Shown piece after piece: positions 51,002-63,210 of a stretch of DNA of 64,000 bases (position 1 is the stretch's first letter; every line of letters begins with the position of its first letter). The notes beneath the pieces are model-generated. The model did not search any database and had not been told where the DNA came from. It saw nothing but the letters and a program-made list of their open reading frames with translations. The DNA is from Lingula anatina. Lineage: Eukaryota > Animalia > Brachiopoda. The DNA lies in contig CM120641.1 of NCBI GenBank assembly GCA_051362555.1, forward strand, positions 45,514,401 through 45,578,400, given 5' to 3'. The translations under genes and the position numbers were made by a program.

Positions 51002-52588
51002 ATGTTCTTTTCCAGAGCAGGTTTGACTGTACTTTGTTTGGTATTTCTACTGGTGTTTGTGCCGCACACTTGTAGAATCGCTGGAAAAAATAAGATATTG
51101 ATCTTTCCTTATACGAATGTTTACAATTCGAGGACCATGAATTTGGAGAAGATCGCTGTCATGTTGAAGGACCACGACTTCCACGTCACCATGTTGGTCT
51201 CTCACCACTATGCACCTAAAAGGAATATAGATGGCGTCAACCTAATCAGGTATAAAATACCTGAACTGCAGATGAATAAGGGGGGAGAATTCGACTTGGA
51301 CAGATCACTACGTTACATCGAGAAAGACGTGATACCATTGCTAAGGCAAGTAGATGAGATGGATTTCGCAGTGTGTGAACATCTTCTCAGTAGCAATGGC
51401 ATTTTGGACAAACTGAGAGACGAAAAGTTTGATCTGTTATTTTTCGACTTTGTTAATGTATGCTCGGGTCCAATTATATATGAATCATTTGGTATCCCAT
51501 CCATTATGTATTCCAATTTTGGGTTTATGGAAACTTGGACTTTATTCAAGCAGCCAACGTTTTACTCTTATACACCGGGTATATACAGTTCCTTCTCCGA
51601 TAACATGACATTTTGGGATAGAGTGCAAAACACTGATATGCTACTGGACTTGGAAAAGTGGGCCAGTGATAGAATAGACCATATTGAAAGAATGAAGGCC
51701 AAGTACCTGCCAAACAACAACTGGCCACACGCTAAGCACTCGTTTGAACGAGTATCTTTAATTATTGCCGCAAATGTTAATTTTGCTCTAGACTACCCGC
51801 GACCTGTCATGCCCCACGTGATACCAATTTCTGGACTTCTTTGGACCCCGGCTAAGCCTTTGCCCAAAGAATATGAAAATATTGTATCTGCTGCCCCTAA
51901 TGGAGTCATCTTGGTAAGTTTTGGGACACTTGTGCCCACGTTCAGTATTGAAAAGGCGGAGATTTTGGCCAGAGTGTTTTCCAAACTTTCACAGACAGTA
52001 ATCTGGCGCTACCAAGGTGTTCCTCCCAAATCTGTGGGTAATAACACACATTTAGTAGAATGGCTGCCTCAAAATGACCTTCTTGCCCATCCTAACACCA
52101 AACTGTTCATCACCCACTGTGGAGTAAGCAGCACGTGGGAGACACTGTACCATGCTGTCCCCGTGGTTGCAATTCCACTTCTTTGGGATCAACACCACCA
52201 TGCAAGGAAATTGAAGGAGCGCGCGAAAATAAGTGAAACTGTAAACTTTGGTACCCTAAACGAGGAAGAATTAGAAAGCACTATTCTCAAGGTCGTAAGT
52301 GATAAATCGTATAAAGAGAACGCGATTAAGATGTCTAAACTTCTACAAGACACCCCAATGTCGGGACAGGAGGAACTGTTGTATGGGATTAAGTATGTAA
52401 TACAACACAATGGAACTCTTCACTTTCACTCTCATGCTGCTTACGGTCTGAACTGGTATCAGTATTATCTATTGGATGTCATTGCATACAAAGCTGCAGC
52501 GAGTTGTTTATATTATTTAACTTGGCTTTTGCCTTTAGTCATTGTTTGGAAAGTATTTAGATTTGTGTTGATTCGTGAAAAACCTTAA
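51002..52588 (+). CDS. UDP-glycosyltransferase copy I, 528 aa, intronless, C-terminal tail shortened
   Basis: Signal peptide from ATG 51002; UGT signature; ends IREKP* because of an AAA>TAA change. Confidence 0.9.
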   Translation: MFFSRAGLTVLCLVFLLVFVPHTCRIAGKNKILIFPYTNVYNSRTMNLEKIAVMLKDHDFHVTMLVSHHYAPKRNIDGVNLIRYKIPELQMNKGGEFDLDRSLRYIEKDVIPLLRQVDEMDFAVCEHLLSSNGILDKLRDEKFDLLFFDFVNVCSGPIIYESFGIPSIMYSNFGFMETWTLFKQPTFYSYTPGIYSSFSDNMTFWDRVQNTDMLLDLEKWASDRIDHIERMKAKYLPNNNWPHAKHSFERVSLIIAANVNFALDYPRPVMPHVIPISGLLWTPAKPLPKEYENIVSAAPNGVILVSFGTLVPTFSIEKAEILARVFSKLSQTVIWRYQGVPPKSVGNNTHLVEWLPQNDLLAHPNTKLFITHCGVSSTWETLYHAVPVVAIPLLWDQHHHARKLKERAKISETVNFGTLNEEELESTILKVVSDKSYKENAIKMSKLLQDTPMSGQEELLYGIKYVIQHNGTLHFHSHAAYGLNWYQYYLLDVIAYKAAASCLYYLTWLLPLVIVWKVFRFVLIREKP

Positions 52589-54502
52589 AATGTCTGATTG
52601 CATTTTTGCACTCTTGAGAAGTGAATTGATTAGACATAAGGCGTTATTTTGATAAATTTATTGAAAAACTCATTATCAGTACACGGGTATTTATACCATT
52701 GTTTGCTGACAACTTATTCACAGTATGGCTCAAATTTCATAACTGTTTACTTAAATATAGTAAGTATGGGACTGAAACATTAGCTACGTCTTCCTTGTTA
52801 TTACATGGTCGCAATATTTTAATTGAACTATTTTAGTAAGTAGATTTTGGTTTAGACGAATTTTCAGGCTTAAGTTATTTTGCGCCACAGACCCAATGCA
52901 GTTAGTATTTTTCGCACAGCATGTGTTATTTCTTCCACGAGGTCAAAGTGTCCTTCACCTTTTCTTGCACTCTTTATCATTATGGGACAGTTTATCTGTT
53001 AGTTTCCCCAGATAGGAACCCAGAACAAAAATAAATTTGTTGAAGATTACTATGTAAAAATGAAATTTTCTTGAAATTTACAAAGGAAAAGAATCTTTAA
53101 TTGTAAACTAAATTCTTAACATAGACACTTTCTGAAGATCCCATGCAAATAACTCCCCCCAGAACCGCCCTCGTTGAAATAACACAGGTAATAAAAAATT
53201 ATGGTAACAAGCTCATATATATGTGAATTTCATCTCACAGTAGCACCAAGGATGTTGCTATACATACACAGTATCACAATAGACTGTGGGACTGTGCTGT
53301 GCACATGTGATAGTTCCACTGATTCAGGATATAAAATCCACGGGAACTATTACCAGAGATCACTCCAAGTCTGTCTTCAGTACCTTTTTATTTAATTTTC
53401 TTAGAACAAATTGCAAACCCAAGGCAAATGTGCAATTTCTTTTAATTATTATTTTTTTTTTTACAGTGCTTCATGAAGTCAATACTATACAATACTGTTT
53501 CTGAAATTGTTCGACATTTGATCAGATGAAGAAAATTTCCCTTTCCTTACAGCTTACAGTAACAATTTACATGCATGATATTCAAACTAAATATTTTAAT
53601 AACCATCAGCTTAATTACAAAAACATACATTGTAACTGAATGGATATTTACAAGGATATAATTTGACAGGCCTCTCCCATAATGACTAGGTTTATTACTA
53701 TATGGTTCTGAATTTTCACTTCCATAACTTTGAAACTATTTTCCAACTGACACAGAATCTAAAATGTGATATGTGTTTATCAGTTAACTTTTCTATTTGT
53801 AATCCAGAGACGTTTCAGAGGCGTTAAATATTTGAAAAAAAAAAGTTCTTAGTTTCTTGGAAATATAAAATGATCCTTGGCACCAATTTAATAGTACCAC
53901 CATTTTTCAAATTGATTTGGTGATAATCTCATTTTATAATGACACACTGTAGAGAGACTGGTATCCAATCTTAAATCGAGGTAGACTTTGAAAAATCCAA
54001 GTGGAGCTGGCATGGCAAAAACTTGAAACTCTAAACCACAAAGTAAATTGTTGCACAAATTTTATCAAAATTGCCAGTCCACTTTCACTACTGCTTCATT
54101 TTGGACTGGAAATGGATACATTTTTTGTCATGACTGGTAAAGGCAGTGAATATTCTCATTTTTACAACTATGATTTTAAAATGAGATATCAGTACTATCT
54201 ATCTAAAAAAAACATTATTTCATGTTCTAAAAGTCCACATTCTGCTTTTGTCACATCAGAAACACTATGTGTAAAACTTGATTTCTCTCTGTGCCCAAAT
54301 TTCAATAAATACAGGTACAAAATGCTGTCTGTTATTTCTCACCATTTTTCCCTCTCGCTTCAACACTCATTATTCCCCTTTGGAGTATTAAAAACTTGTC
54401 AATCTTTCTCATTTTGCTTTCATTATCTGGCAAGATATCAAATGCTGTCTTTTTCTCCCTCCATGCTTCCTGGTGTCAATCATATCATCATGTTTCAGTT
54501 CC

Positions 54503-56914
54503 TTACATTCTAAACACTCCAAATTTAGTTTGGACTTGCTCGGCATTCAGAGCAGCACTTATACTAAGCCCTAGGACGTTTCTGGTGTCCACTGGGTCTA
54601 TCACACCATCATCCCATAACCTAAAGCAGGATCAAATAATCATGGTTACCATCAAACATTTTTGAAGGAATTTAATAATTATTAAGGTGCAATTTTTGAT
54701 TGCCAGTCTCTTAAAATATAAAACTTTAAAATTTGGAATTGAAAAAGTTTATAGGTACCAACTGAATTCCAATCCTTTGACCATAAACAATGATACAGCA
54801 GTGAAGAGCATTACCTTGCACTGGAGTAATATGGGCTTCCTTCCTTTTCATACTTCTTTAATATTGGTTCTTTTATAGCCTGTTCTTCTTCTGCAGTGAA
54901 CTGAAGCAACATGATCAGAGATTTATCAAAAAGTCAACACAAACAGAAAAATTGTATTCAAATAAGTCTATTTATGTATGATTATGCTTCTCACATAAAC
55001 AATTAAGATTGTAAACAATTACATCAGCCTTACATAAAGTGAGAAAAATATATGTATATTCTTTTATGAAAAGCATTCAATGTATGTAAACAACATTTTC
55101 ACAAGACTTAAACCAAGTTAAGACAAAATATCTCCCAAAAAATATAATCATCCACTGAGTCTGCAAAAGTTTAAGAAATAAATGACGCTCAGAGAACCAA
55201 GAAATTATTTATTTACAAACCAAAACAATGTTTTTTTTATATCTCTGGAAAGAAACAAAATGATAATCAGCCCTGTGCTTTTATATATACCTATTCACAA
55301 AACACTCTCACACAATTTTTCTTTTTCTATTAAACAAAAATACGTACATAGAGATCTTTTCATGTGATTGAAGTACACAATAAAAATGCACACAGCTTAA
55401 GAGCTGATTAGCCTTAAAACCAATACAAACTGAAACCATCAGGCAATCAGATCACTCAGAGGGACCTATCACACATCATTTCAAATACCATCTGGTGACA
55501 TCAGTTGGACCATATGGGTTTTAAGCTGAAACTGGTCTATGCATGATCCCCAAACTTACCTCTTTTCCTTCTCTTAACCTCTGCTCCCTGGCAATCTGTG
55601 ACAGGACACCTGCTGCCTGCTCCCCTCCCATCACTGAGATTCTAGCATTGGGCCACATGTACAAAAATCTGGGCCTGGAATATGTATAAAAAAAATAATG
55701 TGAAGAAATTGTTTTAAAAAAATGACAAAAAGACAGTTGTTGCAGTATGAAACTTACAGTACTGAAATTAAGAGCAAATCCCATTCATGAGAAACTGTAG
55801 TTATTTGCAAAAATGTAACACTTTTTTTTCTCTAGATAAGAAATTTTTTACTTCTAATAACACTACTTGAAAAACAAGTTATTTCATTCTCTATCATTTA
55901 ACCTACCCATAAGCCCTCCCACACATCCCATAATTCCCTGCACCATAGGAACCTCCTACAATCACAGTGAACTTTGGCACGTTTGCACAGGATACTGCTG
56001 TTACCATTTTAGCTCCATTTTTGGCAATGCCTCCTGCCTCTGCCTCTTTACCAATCATAAAACCTGGAATATTTTAATAAAAAATCAGCACAAAATTGAA
56101 TTCTTGCAACTGTACGAACTCTTTCATAAGACAGCGCATAGCAATTATCTTTCCTTAGATTTTTTAGAACCGCTGACTGTGAATGAAAAAGCATGAACAG
56201 CATACCTGTTATTTTAAAAGAAATATTGCCTACATAAGTATGCTCTTTTCATATAAGAATGTTTTTATTAAAAAATAAAAAGTTTTCAAGTAATATCTAA
56301 GGCAAAGCTTCAGCAGCAAAATTTCTTTTGATTTTGAAAAATGTCTTTGACTTTGTTATGTAAAAACAAAGAGCAGATAACCTGTAATGTTTTGAAGAAA
56401 TATCAAAGGTATTCCCCGCTGGCAGCATAACTCTATGAAATGTGTTCCCTAAAACATATTACATACATGGTAAATATTAGTAACTTCACGCCATCCATAT
56501 CTTTACTTAAATTTCATTTCTATTATTTCTCAGACACTCTACCAAACAGAATTCAGAGTAATTCTTATATTACATTTTATTTTTTTATTTAGTCAAAAAG
56601 CTTTCATCATAAATTACCAAAAGCAATATTACACTTTGATAATATTTCAGTTTCATTGAAAAAGGTAGAACATTGAAGTACCTTTAAGGCAGACTCTGAG
56701 AAAAGAACCCCATTGTTTCCTAAAATGCCCACAGGATAGCCCCAGAGCCTGGCAAAGCCACAGACTAAAGTATCTCCATACATTTCCTTGAACTCATCAA
56801 ACCTGCTGCCATCAACAATCCTAGCTATTACCTGGAGGAACAAAACAATTGAGAATTTTCTTCACTACTGTTTATTAGAATATTTGTATACCTATATTTT
56901 TCATGCTTTTGCAA

Positions 56915-56970
<56 letters not shown>

Positions 56971-59900
56971 ACAAGAGATATGTTGGATTAGAATGACACA
57001 ACATGAAATCATGAAATTCTCTGAAAGAACATATCGGCATGTGACTGTATCTTAGAAATCATGTTAAATGATGACCTATATAAATTTCAGATTAATACCA
57101 ATTGATCAGTAATGTTAATATTCCGTTCAATTAATATCATCTTAGGCATTCTCTTACATTCTCAGTTGGCAGACACACACCACTTACTTCTCTAATATCA
57201 TATGTTTTCTTTAGATTATCTCCAACAATGCCATAAATCTCATTTGCGGAGTGAACAGGAGCTTCTGGTTCCTCCATAGTTACCTGAGAGAGAGTGGTAA
57301 GAGTCATCAAATAACCACTGGAAATGACACTGCCATACTCTCATGCTTCAAGAGTCAAGTTAAAGATATAATGAAAAATATTCCTGTGGCACTATGTTGT
57401 AATTCCAACTTTAAATGAGTTCAGGAAATTCTTTAATTATTTAGTTCTGTGCTTAGACTCCACCCCCTGATTACCAGCATTTTAAAGTTATAACAACAAT
57501 GACAAAAGCAGTACATGTTAAATACTGTTTACTCACGTATTGGAAGTAAAAGAAAATACTATACCTGAGGCCTTTTTGTATAATTCAGGTTTTTAATCAC
57601 TCTCCTGGCTCTGTGAAGAGCATGCAGGTCATCTACTGCATAGTGGTCTGTGACACCAGACTTCCTACAATATAGCAGAGTTCATATTTTAGCATATAAG
57701 TTTATTTATCCAACATTTTAATATGTAATTAAATTGACAAAGTGACAAACAGTTCCCTCTTAAAATAAAATTTAAGTGAGGCTAGGAAATAGATAACTTT
57801 TGCTTTAAAATATCTTTTTGCTTCAAAAATTTCATCAAGTCTTCATTTATCTAGCAAAAAATATAAGAATATTTCATATACACAAGCATTATTATTATTC
57901 AGTAAGAATTGTGTAACATTTTTTTTACATAATAATATTAACCCGACCTAATATAATCACAGATGTTTTGCAGACACATTCCTGTCATAACACCTGCAAT
58001 AACTTAGCTTACCTGCAGTGAAGATCTGCCCCACCCAGATCTTCTGCAGACACTTGTTCCCCTGTTGCTGCTCTGACCTAATGAAACAACATTACACATA
58101 AGAACTGGAAAATGGCCCAAAAGCACAGACCCAGGCCAAGGAAATTGACAATACAAAGTATCAGGGGACCCTCATCTACACTATGAACAAGGCAGCAAAG
58201 CTGTCAAATGTACAGACAAAAAGCAGACAATAACAATGCACAAAATAGGCTACTGTCAATTCTGATGCAAAAGTACATTATGATTAACTGCAAATTCAAC
58301 ATCAAATTTGAATTATGCTCAACAGGTAATACCAATGTAAGTAAAATGTGTAACAAGCATAAGGCTTCAGGCCCATGGGAGTTCAAGTTCACTCTTTGAA
58401 AATGCCAGAATGAGAAAAATGAAAATTTCACAGAAAACTGCATAAATTCAATAATAAATGACCTAATGAAACAACATTACATATCAGAACTGGAAAATGG
58501 CCCGAAAGCACAGACCCAGGCCAAGGAAATAGACAATACAAAGTATTAGGAACCCAGATTCTTTCCTTGCTGTCTGTCCTGACAGTTTGTTCAAATCTTG
58601 AGAAGATCTTTTTGAGATAGCTCGTCTATTAACGAGTAGACAATGCCATTGAAAATACAACCCCCTTCATAATGAAAAATCACAAACTGATTCCAAAATT
58701 AAGGATAATTCCAAATGTGACCCTCGTGTAAATTGTAACTGCTTAGTACCTTTAGCTCTACTTTGATTGTAGAATCATATACAATATCAATAATACTGTA
58801 CAATGAAACCATTTACAATAAGTCTAATATAACACTAAATTTGTAATTATGGTCCAATATATCAACATAAGATAGAATCTTTCTATTATAAGTAGCAATT
58901 CCTGATATACCCCCCCCAAAATATATTTTTCCTTCACCTCTGAACTCACATCTACACTATGGATCAGATTATAAACAGAGTACTTACTAGAGGTGGTCCT
59001 CCAAGAAATATAGTTCCTTGTTTACCAACAATAATACTTTCATCTGCCATTGCTGGCACATATGCACCGCCTGCAGTGCAGCTCCCCATCACCACGGCAA
59101 CCTTAACAAAATAAAGGGAAAATCTTTAAAAAATAAAATTGTGCAGCCATTGTTAAGTCTCACAGAAAAACTGGAATGAGTTAGGTGTGACAAGTTTTGA
59201 CATCCCTCACCTGAGACATAAACTTAGATACACTGGTTAATTGTAATGTAGTATGAAGTAGTATGATGTGTTAGTTGTGACAGTGCATCAAAGTGTGTTA
59301 GATGAGACACACACTACCTTACCTGAGCTATCCCCTGGGCAGACATATTAGCCTGGTTGTAAAATATTCTACCAAAGTGGTGTCTATCTGGAAAGACTTC
59401 ATCCTGGCGAGGAAGGTTGGCACCCCCAGAGTCAACTGAATACCAAATACACCATGCAGCCACATTACCAAAAACATTTACTTGATATAACATTTACAAT
59501 GATGTGGCAAAACACAGAGTGCATTCAAAAAGTAAACAACAAGAAGCTTAACCAATAGCCAACATAAAACTTTAACAAACTCTGGAGGTGGTTTTATTTC
59601 AAAAGTTGGTTTTAAGCTGCAGACCAACAATCTCAAGACAGCACAAACTTTTGTGCAGAAACTGAATGCACTGCTGGGAAAAATATATTTACTTTACTCA
59701 CCTAAATAAATACATGGTAAGTGGTTTTGTTGAGCAATCTCTTGAGCCCTTATGTGTTTCTTCACAGTAATGGGATAGTAAGAACCGCCTTTTACCGTTG
59801 GATCATTGGCCACTATCATACATTCCACTCTGAAGATGTCAAAAAATATATATAATAATAATAAAATTGAAATTAATTGAGATTGTAAAACTGATAATAA

Positions 59901-60290
59901 ATTAAACAGAAATGCATTAAATTCTATAACACAGAGCGACAGCCTTGAATTGTTCCCAATGAATGCAACAATTCTGAAGCAGTTAAAATATTTAGAAACT
60001 TAAAGAAAAATCAGTTGTGCACCAATAACATGATATGGCATTTACCCGGATACTCTGCCAATGCCTGTGATAATTCCCCCAGCAGGCACCTCTTCTTTAC
60101 CATACAGGTTGTAACCAGCCAACTGAGACAGTTCAAGAAATGGAGACCTAGGGAAGAATTTGGATAAGAAAGTGGAATGCAATGAACTGTGTGTACTAAA
60201 ATGAATTTTGAATATATTTGAATTATGAGACTGTATTGCTAATTACTAACACTCAACATCACCAAATCATTTGATGTACAAGTTGCTGTA

Positions 60291-60374
<84 letters not shown>

Positions 60375-62197
60375 TCTCTAAACAACTGGAAGTTATTATC
60401 ACTTATATAGATTGCTAGAGATTCTATAGATCATCTACATAGACAAAATTTTACCCTGGATCTAAAAGATTATTTATCCTGTCCCTGGGCAAAAGTTTTC
60501 CACGAGAAGTTTGCCTTTCTCTTGCCTTTTCTCCCCCTCCTAGAACAAATGAAGTGAACAACAAGATCAATAATAACATCATGTAAGAACATACATTCAA
60601 CAGAATTTATAAGCAGTAATGTTCTCTTACAAGAGGGGCCACTGTGTCCAATCTGTCAAAACTATTAACCCATTACAGTGACGTCATATTTGCTCCGTAA
60701 CACTAGTCCCGCGGTAATGCTGGAGGGAATGAACGACGGGGAATAGTAGCGGTAATATAGGTGAACAAAATAAAATAAAATAAAATTAACTTCATATCGC
60801 GATCAAGTACACCAAAGGGAAAAGGATATTTACAAGCTGAAGCTTCAACTGATCAGCAGGATCGACCAATATGAACTCAATACAGTCTAAAAACATGAAA
60901 TCCTACCAAATGATACTTATCCAACATCGTGTTGTCAGAAGATAGTTCAGTTATCTTGTACTTCATTTTTCTTATTCATTGGGTAATAACAGTTATAGTT
61001 TGAGAGAGTTTAATGTGTAATCATAAGTTTAACCTTACACAGAAGCAACTTTTTTCATAAAGGATAGATATAAGGAGAAATTTGAGCTGATCATCAGGAT
61101 AAACCCTTGTGGACTCAAGGAAGAATGTATGCCAGATTGTCTTATGACATGAAATATTGCTGTCAGTTATGACTTATCTCTACATCGTGAAGCTGTCAGA
61201 TATTGTTTCAGCATTCTCGTACTTCATATTGGTTCATTAGAAAGTACATGTAACAAGACTGTTGTTTGAGAGAGTTTAATATTCACCATGAATGCAACCA
61301 TTCATATAAGCAACATTATTAGCATTTTATTATTAGTTCAGTCATTCACAGAAGCATTTATTAGGCACTGCAAATATCCTCAAACCTCAGTTTAAGTGGG
61401 ACTTAGAGAATGGGAATTTGCCATGGGACTATACACTTGATATCAATGGAGCAATAGAAACTATGTCAATGATGAAAAAGACTGCCCTTTGTATCAAAAT
61501 AAAGCTGCATGGTGAGTTGTGTTGTAAATAAGTTTTCAAAATACATCTACAGACATGGCTTGTTCATGCGTAGCAGACGATTCTGGTCTCCTTCCAGTAT
61601 AGCTGCCGTTTGTTTTGATGACGCAAGCTCTAATGGGTCAATAGATATGTATGGCACTTAATATATTATGCTTGTATCCTACTCAGAAACATTGTGTATA
61701 TGTCAAATGTGAAAATAATGCACCATTTAGAGCTAAGTGAATGAGGGTTACCACTACCCAAGAAGTGAGAATATGTGAAATCAGAGCCAGGAGACTTAAA
61801 GTTAAGGTAAATGGCCTAGTTCTGGCTGTTCAAATAAGCTACAGGTAAAGGAACGGTTCTGTAACTGTACCTTGAGTAATTTTACCAACTGTAGTCTTGA
61901 GCTGTTGCACAAGCTGCTGCATTCGTTCATAATTCTCCTATAAAATGAAACAAAAATATTTATAATGCAGCAATATGAACTTTTTAACCAACTCACTATA
62001 TTGCTTAAGTTCAAGATATGACGTTACTCCCTGCAAAATTTGTAGACATCTGAAAAAATTTTACCCACTTTGTATTCAGCATTTTCTGTATCTGGGCTGG
62101 TACCAATTGGTGCAACCTTGTCAAGATGGTAGCATCGTCTAGAGAGATGGATACCTTCTTTAAAAAGCAGCACCCTCAGGTTTCTCACAAAATTCAT
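54503..62197 (-). CDS. MCCC2: Methylcrotonoyl-CoA carboxylase beta chain, 563 aa; exons 62069-62197, 61871-61937, 60455-60539, 60046-60147, 59702-59829, 59323-59435, 58988-59101, 58013-58077, 57565-57664, 57188-57283, 56682-56831, 56382-56448, 55907-56063, 55560-55674, 54815-54900, 54503-54620
   Basis: 16 phase-consistent exons: [97 protein letters not shown]...FGVFRM*. Mitochondrial-type N-terminus. Confidence 0.97.
56918..56966. repeat. (TA)n microsatellite
   Basis: Direct observation. Confidence 0.95.
60291..60372. repeat. (TC)n(AC)n compound microsatellite
   Basis: Direct observation. Confidence 0.95.
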
Positions 62198-62534
62198 CTC
62201 GCTCCACAACAGGAAGTGGCATGTGGAGCAACAGATGCGCATGCGCATTAATGTAGTCAGAATTCATACTGTAGCTTCGTACCTACAATAAATTGTGATA
62301 CATACTTTTTATATTCTACAAAATATACAATATATTTTACCAATCCAACTACATTTAACGTATTGATCGTTTTATACATGTATATTTATCAGATATCTAT
62401 GAAAGGATCATTTTTGAATTAGAAAGTGGAAGCTAAACTACAAATAAAATTTCAAGTCTGATAGACGAGCCCCCGAGTACACGTGAAGTTATTTTGGTTC
62501 TGTTTGTTTAGGATCTACTTCGTACAAGATCAGC
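62198..62534. promoter_or_regulatory. Bidirectional promoter MCCC2/FAH
   Basis: 337 bp between divergent ATGs; NRF1 palindrome TGCGCATGCGCA 62236-62247, ETS caggaagtg 62210-62218, E-box cacgtg 62480-62485. Confidence 0.75.
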
Positions 62535-62833
62535 ATGTCTTTTGTGCCAGTAAGCCCTGAGAGTCATTTCCCATTACAAAACCTTCCTTATGGGATATTT
62601 TCTACATCTGATAACGTAAGTTTTTTTCCGTATCCATGCACTAATTTGATTAAAATGACGCTGATTTTTGCCGGTTGAATTTTTTATTATTGATACAGTT
62701 TATATTTCTTTAATTTCTACTGGTGTATTTAGAATTTGAACCCATTTCTTAATGTGTGTGTTTCAGTCTCCAGTTTCCATGACTCTTTAACAGTTAATTC
62801 GCCGTTTCCACAAAATTAAAAGCCTGTGCATAT

Positions 62834-62864
<31 letters not shown>

Positions 62865-63210
62865 TTATTATTTTTTTTGCCAAACTTAATTTCACATTGG
62901 TTTTATATCTTTATCTATCAATGATATTTTTTTCTTGAAATGGGGGAGGAGGGGGGGGGGGCATTGATCATAGTTAGTGATCATTGTAGCCCTGAAATGG
63001 AAGTGACTTGGTTTATTGTGTGCATTTAAAATATATGCATTTTTATTGTCTCCACATGATGCACACATTTTTAATGTATAACCAACTTTTTTACTTCAGC
63101 CCCGTCCTAGGATTGGTGTTGCAATAGGAGACCTTATACTGGACCTGACACAAGTTAAACACTATTTCACAGGCCCTGCATTAAAGCAGTACCAACATGT
63201 ATTTGATGAG
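62535..63210 (+). CDS. FAH: Fumarylacetoacetase, 5' part; exons 62535-62615, 63100-63210 (continues beyond the window)
   Basis: [27 protein letters not shown] | [16 protein letters not shown]...HVFDE matches the FAH N-terminus; GT-AG phase 0. Confidence 0.95.

Noticed and set aside
22074-52410. Recurrent antisense ORFs within the UGTs (e.g. MCRITYLIQY..., MENTLAK...)
   Set aside because: They recur only because the UGT paralogs are near-identical; no independent coding signal.
21887-52588. Bacterial HGT origin of the intronless UGTs
   Set aside because: Signal peptide, C-terminal TM and dilysine tail are metazoan ER-UGT features, and base composition matches the host.
54001-54513. 170-aa plus-strand ORF
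   Set aside because: AT-rich, no recognisable motif; lies antisense in the MCCC2 3' UTR.
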